Shown piece by piece: positions 1 through 6,854 of a stretch of 6,854 nt of DNA. The translations under genes and the position numbers were made by a program. The notes beneath the pieces are model-generated. The model did no database searches. It saw only the letters and a list, made by a program, of their open reading frames with translations, and was not told the origin of the DNA. Positions within the stretch are counted from its first letter, which is position 1, and each line of letters starts with the position of its first letter. Source of the stretch: Selaginella moellendorffii (lineage: Eukaryota > Plantae > Lycopodiophyta); assembly GCF_000143415.4 (NCBI RefSeq), contig NW_003314689.1, positions 1 through 6,854 of the forward strand. The letters run 5' to 3'.

Positions 1-469
1 ACATCTAAACTTTTGAGGTAGACCCAATAGCACCTTCTTAAAGCTTCTCCACCATCTCTCCCTTAGCTAAGATAGAAAATTCCTATATCTACTGCTTTGT
101 GGGAATCTCTAAACCTATCCTAGATTCCTTTTGTTTCAACATCCCTTTGCCACTTGCTCAATAGGTGATTCCATCCTACACTTGCTCCTTGGTTGTCTTC
201 TCAAGCTCAAGCAATGCCTCTGCATCCTCTGAGATGTCCTCATCCTTGTCTTTTAGCTTGCTAATGGTGTCCTCTGAGTCATCACCTAGGTCCAGCTCCT
301 CCCTAGTGAACTCCTCAAATTTCTACTTAGACTCCTCTTCTCCTATCGCTTCCTTCCATAAGATCTTAATTTCCTAGTGCAAAGTCTTTTCTTGCAACTT
401 TTTCCTTGAGGATCTAGTTGACACGATTGCCTCAATCAGCTTCCCTATTGTCCAAAGCTGCCACACCAT
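1..469 (-). pseudogene. Decayed acidic/charged coding-like segment, possibly an LTR-retrotransposon gag-pol remnant
   Basis: One minus frame reads MVWQLWTIGKLIEAIVSTRSSRKKLQEKTLH*EIKILWKEAIGEEESK*KFEEFTREELDLGDDSEDTISKLKDKDEDISEDAEALLELEK.. with scattered stops and a strong purine bias. V-x-TRS resembles a Ty3/gypsy linker motif but is weak evidence. Confidence 0.3.
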
Positions 470-933
470 AAGCTCCTATAATATAGAGCTCTCCTCCACA
501 ATTTAATTGTTTTTTTGAATCTTTATTAGTGTGTTTTCATATTGGGTGTTGAACTCCATAATTTGTTATTCAAATTCTAACTTTTGTTGTCCCTGTGCCT
601 TTACTAAATGTTGTATGATATAGTAAGCAATTTCAACCTGTTGTGATGCACTCTTTTTATCAGCCATTTTAGGTGGCTTTATTTGAGGGCAGTGTATTAG
701 AGTAGAATGATACTCAACATCAGGCATATGAGAGCTTTTTACTCTAATGTCTATGCCAACATCTTCACTAACAAAGGAAAAATGATGCTTTGAGTGGACT
801 ATCTTCATATCACTAATAGAAGCTCGAGAAGTGTACTCCATAGATATGCTGTGGAGCACTTCCTCAATTGCAGTTACCATTATTTAGGCGGGTGGAGTCA
901 ATTTTCTCTTCATCCTATCATGTAACATCTCAA

Positions 934-1067
934 TAGAAAGCCTTGTTCCCATGTAACCACTTGAGGACCTCGTATACACCCCAACTGTGAATCTCTCCGA
1001 AAGTAAGCACTAGAGTTGGCATTTCTCTGAAGCAGGGAAAGGGAAGATGAGTCTATATGAAGTCTAT
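934..1067 (+). pseudogene. Inverted exon segment of transposase copy 1 carrying the catalytic Glu motif
   Basis: The plus strand reads ..PLEDLVYTPTVNLSESKH*SWHFSEAGKGKMSLYEVY (E codon 999-1001), a T-x-N-x-x-E-S-x-H MULE motif. The flanking transposase sequence on both sides is minus-strand. Confidence 0.75.
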
Positions 1068-1167
1068 NNNNNNNNNNNNNNNNNNNNNNNNNNNNNNNNN
1101 NNNNNNNNNNNNNNNNNNNNNNNNNNNNNNNNNNNNNNNNNNNNNNNNNNNNNNNNNNNNNNNNNNN
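1068..1167. other. Assembly gap (100 N, probably a placeholder of unknown size)
   Basis: Run of exactly 100 N. Confidence 0.98.
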
Positions 1168-1688
1168 TTGAGGAGATATTAAAAAGCAATAAAATGACAA
1201 GAAAAATAGAAACCAACTTAAAAAGAGTGATGTCCCCATTGGAACATCCTAACCTTTTACCACCTTAACTATGACTCAAGTTGAGGTAAGCAACTTGTGT
1301 CTGCATAGCCACCTTCACGCCATCATATTTAAATTTTATTTACCTTTGCCTTGTGCTTTTCTTTAAAGGATGCAGGTTGCCATTATTTGCACAACTCCTT
1401 AAACACTGATTGAAACTTTGGCTTGATAAGATGGTAGTGTTAGTTTAGGCTCTGAACCTAATAGAACTCACAAGTCCTCTCATGACCTTCCAATGGTTAA
1501 CTAGTTCTAAAAATTGCTTGGACACCATTCTAGTTTGCACTAGCCCTATCTACCATGAAATAACAAAATTTTATAGGCTTCCAGTCCGCTTTAGCATAAT
1601 ATCAAAAAGGGACTTCCAAAATATTTCCTGGGTTGTTTGGTTTTTTACTTTAAACTTTATTGTTGCAATTGTCAAGTTACAATATAGC

Positions 1689-1741
1689 CTATGAAAAAAC
1701 AAATATTACAACCATTTCAATATAATGAGAATAAAAATTAC
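1689..1741 (-). other. Spliceosomal intron (53 nt) in transposase copy 1
   Basis: AAG|GTAATT...TTTTTTCATAG|G. Removal joins ..GAHMYP-R-LYCNLTIAT in frame. Confidence 0.8.
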
Positions 1742-1844
1742 CTTGGATACATGTGAGCTCCCATAGTTGTCCAACCTAATACACGCTCCATATGGTCAAA
1801 ATGTACCCCTACATTGTAGAGATTCACACATCCAATTTTTTATC

Positions 1845-1894
1845 CTAAACAATATAATGTAGAAAATATATATTTTTGTAATGTACAAATATAC
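1845..1894 (-). other. Spliceosomal intron (50 nt) in transposase copy 1
   Basis: GAG|GTATAT...ATTGTTTAG|G, very AT-rich, between two coding-like blocks. A nearby frameshift prevents a clean frame check. Confidence 0.6.
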
Positions 1895-1952
1895 CTCCTC
1901 AGACTAGTAGCAAGTTGTACTCCTCATAGTAAATTCTGTAGGCTAACCTTAT

Positions 1953-2062
1953 NNNNNNNNNNNNNNNNNNNNNNNNNNNNNNNNNNNNNNNNNNNNNNNN
2001 NNNNNNNNNNNNNNNNNNNNNNNNNNNNNNNNNNNNNNNNNNNNNNNNNNNNNNNNNNNNNN
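1953..2062. other. Assembly gap (110 N) within transposase copy 1
   Basis: N run; transposase sequence continues on the same strand on both sides. Confidence 0.98.
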
Positions 2063-2179
2063 TCTGCACAACATCTTTGAAACAGTTGAAAGAACTTTTT
2101 TGTATCCTTTCTTGTATTGGATGCATATATATGTCAACATATACTACAACTCTTCTAGCCATTCCATCCCATGGAAGAA

Positions 2180-2273
2180 TGTTAGGACCCTATCCCTTAC
2201 ATCTTAAGCCAACTAGCTAAAAGGGTGATCACTTGATTGTAGAGCCCTTTCTTTATCCTATTATTCTGATCTA
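2180..2273 (-). repeat. 3' LTR of the TRIM (inner end eroded)
   Basis: About 90% identical to the other LTR over 83 bp. The PPT-proximal ~20 bp are shortened or diverged, so the inner boundary is approximate. Confidence 0.75.
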
Positions 2274-2283
2274 TCCTCCCCTC
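2274..2283 (-). promoter_or_regulatory. Polypurine tract of the TRIM
   Basis: Minus strand GAGGGGAGGA lies directly before the 3' LTR. Confidence 0.7.
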
Positions 2284-2443
2284 GTCAAAGAATGATCATC
2301 TACAATCATATTTAGGCCATCCTCTAGTCACCATGGTCCTTCTTTTAGGGTTTACCAAACCTTGGTTCTCCCTCTAGATCCACTATGTTAAATATTCCTT
2401 TTGAATATTCTTGCCCTACTCATCAGCCACAAGAATAGAACTG

Positions 2444-2456
2444 GGCTCCCATACCA
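2444..2456 (-). promoter_or_regulatory. Primer binding site complementary to initiator tRNA-Met
   Basis: TGGTATGGGAGCC matches the canonical plant TGGTATCAGAGCC at 11/13 and sits in the correct position next to the LTR end CA. Confidence 0.8.
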
Positions 2457-2457
2457 A

Positions 2458-2561
2458 TGTTAGGATCCTATCCCTTACATCCTAAGCCAATTTGCTAAAG
2501 GGGGGATCACTTGATTGCAGGGCCCTTTCTTTATCCTATTCTCTTTACCTTGTACCTAACA
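2458..2561 (-). repeat. 5' LTR of the TRIM (104 bp)
   Basis: Has perfect 7-bp inverted termini TGTTAGG/CCTAACA and is followed on the minus strand by the PBS. Confidence 0.85.
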
Positions 2562-3642
2562 AAAAAAGTACATCCTAGCCTTGCTGATAGCACAACATAG
2601 AGGAGCATATTTGCAAAATTGACATTTGAATCTAACAGTAATGGTATCACAGGTAGGATGATTGATTGTAAACCCTTGAAAAATATAGAACTTTTTCCGC
2701 GATCTTGATTGCATACTTCATCCATGCAATCTAAATGCTCACCACAATAAACTACAGACACCATACCTTCAAAATGTTGGAAGTGTGTGGTATTAATCTT
2801 GCATCAATTATGGACATTCTGCTTGGTTTCCATCCCCTTCTGTTTAAAACTTATGTTGTTAACAAGAAGTGGTAGCTCAAAAAAAATATTGCCGTTGTAG
2901 GAGGATGGAAGTTTGCTCATGAATCTATACAAAAACAAGCACTTGTCAACTGAGACATGCAAAAACTGGAAAGCATTGTTAATGGCTTTGAATATTGTTG
3001 AAGATGGAGCTAGTGAATTTGACATTGATACTAGCATGGCTTCTCCACTTAAACTAAAAGAAGAGGAGAGGATGACGACTGACTCTTGCTTTACATTCAC
3101 TTTTGCTAGAGTGCATCTTGGCACTTTGATTTGAGATCCAAAAACTTGAATCTCTTTCGATTTAGAATTTTACAAATTTTATTACTGTTTACCCTCACCC
3201 ACACCGGAAAGAAGAAACCTTGAGCATGCAACTATACCGGTGTCATTGTGAATCACAACCTCTAACAAAATAGAGCCAAGACGAAAATCAAAACGCCAAC
3301 ATAAAAAACTTTTGAAAACAATACTTTGAGAAAATAAAAGAGGTGGGTGATCTCGAAAATGTAAAAAAAACCTCTCCATCCTTCATAATAGTTTTTGGAG
3401 TTCTCTCTCTCTTTATACTATTTGTAAAAATCTATAGTGAAATATAAATTGAAATTCAAGGAGAGCAATATGAAGAATGTTAATAGCATACAAAATGAAT
3501 TTAAATTCTATAACAAATTTAATATATGCAAGTGTGATAGTTTTAATGTTACTATAATCTATTATAATGTCTGATGCATGTTTGCACATAGATCCAAAGA
3601 AGGATTTTCAACACGTGAAGTTTGATAATTAATAATGATATC

Positions 3643-3841
3643 NNNNNNNNNNNNNNNNNNNNNNNNNNNNNNNNNNNNNNNNNNNNNNNNNNNNNNNNNN
3701 NNNNNNNNNNNNNNNNNNNNNNNNNNNNNNNNNNNNNNNNNNNNNNNNNNNNNNNNNNNNNNNNNNNNNNNNNNNNNNNNNNNNNNNNNNNNNNNNNNNN
3801 NNNNNNNNNNNNNNNNNNNNNNNNNNNNNNNNNNNNNNNNN
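3643..3841. other. Assembly gap (199 N)
   Basis: N run. Confidence 0.98.
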
Positions 3842-4329
3842 TACTCAATGATATTTAATGCATTTAGGATCTAATACAAAAAAAAAAAAATTTCTGGATG
3901 AAAATTCATTCATTCATGTATTAGTATAGTACAATATATTTCAATATGCCTTATTTATAATCTTTAAAGTTCTTGTAATGATTTCAAAATATGTACAAAA
4001 TATTGATGAAAATGCGTCCTTTCTAGATAATTTGGAAAAAATAATATCATATCTCTAATAACAGAAATGTTGATAGGTGCTAGTTATATCATCATTAAAA
4101 TATACAAAATAAAGAACCATAATTCACATATAATAATAATTATAAGATAAAATAAGATCAAAGATATTATGATAGCTGAGATTTAGGTTATTTGGAATGA
4201 ACAGCCAGGATGAGAAATTGGTTAGGGTTAGGGCAGCCATCAGCCTTGAGTGAGATTGCGAGAGATCGGGCACGTAAGAGTGCAAAAGATTGAGCATGCT
4301 AGAGTGTGAGAGATTGAGAGATTGAGATC

Positions 4330-5400
4330 TCCAGTGCTGGTATCTTCCGAAACTTGAGAGACAGCCTCGTCCTCCTGGTGCCAAGGCCAAGGGCGCGCCA
4401 AGGATGTTCCGGGTAAGCTTTTGTTCTCTCTTTTCCTTTGAAGTTTGTTTGTTTACTCGTTTCTTCTTTTCAGCTCTCCATCGCGCCCCGCCCTGGCAAT
4501 CCGGCCATGGAGCTCTCTTCCATCCTCGAGCAATCTAGCGGCCGCGAATTTCTTGGGGAGCGATGCTGCGAGCTTGCGATCGGCCTCACTGGATGTGATC
4601 TCGATGCGTTTGAGCACCGGGATCATGAAAAGAGGGCCATACATCCAAGGGCCTTGTACTTCATATTCTCAAGAACTTCCGAAGAAAAAGGCTACTTTGG
4701 TTTCAATTGAGGAGACAGTGATGACAGGGGCTTCAAAAGAACCAGCTCAACAATACGCTGACCAGATGCTGCACTACGAGCTGGAAAATGACGTCGGAAA
4801 AGATGCTGTAGAAGTTAGAACCGAGTCTGCTTGTAAGGAATAGTACAGTGGCGATGACAGGAGTACTCCTCAAGTGCTGAATAGTCAAGTGGACGATTGG
4901 ACCAAAACAACTACAATCGTCGGTGAGAAGGAAGTTAACTCTTGAAACATTTAATCCAGGTGACCAGAACATTCGGGAGCCTGTTTCCTAAAGAAGAAAG
5001 AAGTCACGAAGGTTTGCCGCTTTAACATGCTTGCTTTCTTTCTCACTTGCATTACCGGAGGAACTTTTAGACGACTATAAACAAGGTTAAAATTGACTGG
5101 AGTGCTCTATGGAGTACGAAGTCAAGGCAAGTTCTGTTTGTAAGCCAGCATTTCTTCTATTTGGTCTTCTAAATTCTTCTATGCTTGCTGATTGCAGATA
5201 GTTGAAATGAAAATGATGATGCTAAACATGAAATCTCAGTATCGGCAGCAGATGACAACTACCGGAAAAGGCCATATCAATCAATGTGAAACTTCTACAG
5301 CTGCCAATGATGAAAGAGCTTTCCTTGGTTACAAGCAACCAAGCGAAACAAAACGTTGATTTTCTGAAGAAGCAAATGCAAAAGCTAGGATAAAGAAAAC
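4330..5400 (+). pseudogene. Unidentified intron-containing gene fragment or pseudogene
   Basis: GC-richer than its flanks. There is a strong intron at 4413-4473 (GG|GTAAGC...TTCTTTTCAG|) and candidate introns at 5012-5070 and 5140-5197, whose removal leaves an open frame from 4964 to 5359. ORF 4445-4843 is in the same frame but separated by stops at 4841, 4943, 4952 and 4961. No recognisable domain. Confidence 0.35.
4413..4473 (+). other. Spliceosomal intron (61 nt)
   Basis: Consensus donor GTAAGC, T-rich body and polypyrimidine tract plus CAG acceptor, embedded between GC-rich flanks. Confidence 0.7.
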
Positions 5401-5401
5401 T

Positions 5402-6066
5402 TGAGTAGGGAGCTCTTTTCTATAATATCTTTTTCTTATATTATATTGTTTAAAATAAAATTTTGGATATGTGAATATCGAGAGGGTGACAATTGTGACA
5501 GTAGAGTTTAAAGTACAAGACCAAACAACCCAAGAAATATTTTGGAAGTCCCTTTCGGATATTGTCCTAAAGCAGATTGATAAGCTTACAAACTTTCGCA
5601 GTTTCATGATAGATGGGGCTAGTGTAAATTGGAATGGTGTTCGAGCAATTTTTGGGAATGGTCAATTATTGGAAGGTTATGAGAGTTCCATTGGGCTCAA
5701 ATCCTAAACTAACACTGCCACTTTATCTAGCCAAAGTTTCAATTAATGTTTAAGGAGTTGTGTAAACAGTGATAGGTTGCACCTTCTAAAGAAGAGCATA
5801 AGGTAAAAGCAAATAAGATTTGAATGTGATGGCGTAAAAATGGCCATACGGATATAAGTTGTTTATTCATGGTTAGGGTGGTGGGAAGTTAAGATGTTCC
5901 AGTAAGGACATCACTCTTTTTAAGTTGGTTTCTATTTTTTCTTCTCATTTTATTGCCTTTTAATATTGCCTTTTCCATTAGTGGAGTACACTCTCTGAGC
6001 TTCTATTGGTGATATGAAGATTATTCGCTTAAAGTGTTGTTTTCCTTTTGCTGGTGAAGATGTTGG
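5402..6066 (+). pseudogene. Internally deleted second copy of the same MULE transposase
   Basis: Reverse-complement similarity to copy 1 in three blocks: ~5423-5479 vs ~1821-1870, 5487-~5970 vs ~1172-1674, and ~5982-6066 vs 756-840. A hand count over ~116 nt gave 21 mismatches and 1 gap. Translates TIVTVEFKVQDQTTQEIFWKSL..FMIDGASVNWNGVRAIFGNG..FHWAQ..SWLGWWEVKMFQ*GHHSF. The left boundary is uncertain (5402-5423). Confidence 0.88.
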
Positions 6067-6272
6067 TAATAAGAATACTTTTTCTGCAAACATCTTATTT
6101 TTTGTTTTAACAAATATCCCTATTATGGCATGTAATAAATATTTAAATTGTTAGAACAAGAAGTGCTCTTTAGAACATTTTTATCTATATAATATGTATG
6201 GAGGTATGAAATTATTAAATTCATAACCTTATTTAAAGTTTTTAATGTTTGTATTAAACTACAATTGAAATT

Positions 6273-6317
6273 TGAGCTCAACTTATGAGCTCAACTCTTC
6301 AACTTGTGAGTTCAAAT
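6273..6317. repeat. Short degenerate tandem repeat (~13-bp unit TGAGCTCAACTTA)
   Basis: TGAGCTCAACTTA TGAGCTCAACTCT TCAACTTG TGAGTTCAAAT. Confidence 0.55.
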
Positions 6318-6752
6318 ATAGTCCACACTCTATAAAATCTATGACATGGATATAAACATGGTTGGAACTTAGTGTGTTTTATGATTTAGATAAGTTTAAG
6401 GTGCAAATGGTGCAAAGCTATTTTGAGTACACTTTTGGAATATTTACAAAGTCTAATAAATGGTCAGCTCTTGTTTTGGGTTTAATTTTGTGTTTATCAT
6501 CAACTTTTAGAATGCTATTATGGTGATCCCATCCAGTATTGTGGAGGATTCAAGGACTAAAATGAAATCGAGGAAGTTATGTCTAAAGCTTAGACATGCT
6601 AATGTTTTTATCACTATCATCTCCAACTGAGGTTGCTGATTATCAACTCACTTGGCAAGAATAGCAAAATCAACACATTTTAACACTTTGATTTATAAGA
6701 ACTACTGCCCTTAAAGAATATACTCAGACAGCGGCGGCTAGGGCTTAAGCCC

Positions 6753-6854
6753 ATGGAGGTGGATGCGAGCACTGTGGAGGAGTTTGTAGAGTTCATCGAA
6801 GACATAGATGGGGCAGAGGGCTGCGAATTTTACCTTGATGATGGTAGAGTGGCG
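6753..6854 (+). CDS. Possible 5' start of an unknown gene running off the window
   Basis: GC content rises at ~6730. The ATG is in good context (CCATGG), followed by 34 open codons: MEVDASTVEEFVEFIEDIDGAEGCEFYLDDGRVA. Too short to identify. Confidence 0.3.
   Translation, partial: MEVDASTVEEFVEFIEDIDGAEGCEFYLDDGRVA

Larger units (their letters stand above)
2180..2561 (-). mobile_element. TRIM (terminal-repeat retrotransposon in miniature), 382 bp, nested in the transposase
   Basis: Direct repeats 2180-2262 and 2458-2540 match at 75/83. The element ends are TGTTAGG...CCTAACA. A minus-strand PBS TGGTATGGGAGCC (2444-2456) lies 1 nt after the 5' LTR, and a PPT GAGGGGAGGA (2274-2283) abuts the 3' LTR. 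Flanks AAGAA (2175-2179) and AAAAA (2562-2566) form a 4/5 TSD. The internal region is ~160 bp and non-coding. Confidence 0.88.
566..3124 (-). pseudogene. Degenerate Mutator-like (MULE) DDE transposase, copy 1, intron-containing
   Basis: Manual minus-strand translation across stops and frameshifts gives, in order: KLPSSYNGNIFFELP..KGMETKQNVHN*CKINTT..VYCGEHLDCMDEVC..FKCQFCKYAPLCCAISKARMYFLPWDGMARRVVVYVDIYMHP (Cys/His-rich N-terminal region); VHFDHMERVLGWTTMGAHMYPRLYCNLTIAT..QEIFWKSL (D1 at 1795-1797); FMVDRASAN*NGVQAIF (D2 at 1548-1550); EGHERTCEFY*VQSL (CxxH position 1461-1472; His is kept in copy 2); I*I*WREGG..LES*LRW*KVRMFQWG; PTVNLSESKH (Glu motif, inverted); and the C-terminal ORF 566-880. 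The D..D-CxxH..E order is the established MULE/IS256-type signature. There are many stops and at least 3 frameshifts. Confidence 0.85.

Noticed and set aside
165-377. 70-aa Ser-rich plus-strand ORF
   Set aside because: Antisense shadow of the Glu/Asp-rich minus-strand frame.
910-1268. ORFs 910-1239 (-) and 1047-1268 (+) as genes
   Set aside because: They span the N gap and join intron or antisense sequence. Only the MSLYEVY part belongs to the inverted exon.
2180-2540. 83-bp direct repeat as a CRISPR array or a Cassandra/5S element
   Set aside because: Only two units, flanked by PBS, PPT and TSD, so they are LTRs. No 5S rRNA A/C-box-like sequence was seen.
3182-3379. 65-aa minus ORF as first exon of the transposase
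   Set aside because: Position and a possible GTAAAC donor at 3192 fit, but no motif support or clear acceptor was found, so it was left outside the call.
3552-3874. ORFs across the 199-N gap
   Set aside because: Artefacts of translating Ns.
3878-3890. A13 run as a retroposon poly(A) tail
   Set aside because: No TSD or SINE/LINE body is visible; the upstream sequence is mostly gap.
480-4150. Terminal inverted repeats/TSD of the MULE
   Set aside because: No convincing inverted match was found by eye between the regions flanking copy 1. One end may lie in the gap or outside the window.
4445-5359. Assignment of the central segment to a plastid sigma factor or S1-domain protein
   Set aside because: Only vague compositional resemblance; no diagnostic motif.
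1482-5607. Similar ORFs 1482-1694 (+) and 5329-5607 (-) sharing RDFQNISWVVW
   Set aside because: Both are antisense to the transposase core; the similarity is a by-product of the duplicated DNA.
526-6380. 12-bp direct match TTAGTGTGTTTT at 526-537 and 6369-6380 as a TSD around the whole inverted structure
   Set aside because: No adjacent TIRs, and a single 12-mer match is expected by chance in 7 kb of AT-rich DNA.

Overview
AT-rich eukaryotic scaffold window with three N gaps (1068-1167, 1953-2062, 3643-3841). It is most likely from a non-seed land plant. This is an inference from the 50-61 nt GT-AG introns, a plant iMet-type PBS and the transposase family, and would fit a compact lycophyte-like genome. 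The window is dominated by decayed transposons. (1) A near full-length, intron-containing Mutator-like (MULE) DDE transposase pseudogene lies on the minus strand (~3124 to 566), with an N-terminal Cys/His zinc-finger region, D..D, CxxH and N-x-x-E-S-x-H motifs. (2) A 382-bp TRIM (miniature LTR retrotransposon) is nested in it at 2180-2561, and removing it restores the transposase frame. (3) The exon carrying the catalytic Glu is inverted in place (934-1067+). (4) A second, heavily deleted copy of the same transposase (~80% identical by hand count) lies on the plus strand at ~5402-6066, forming a long dispersed inverted repeat around an unidentified, GC-richer, intron-containing gene-like segment (~4330-5400). 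I found no intact identifiable gene, RNA gene or CRISPR array, and no convincing new functional system. The interest lies in the TE architecture and decay pattern. All family assignments come from manual translation and motif recognition, not database searches.
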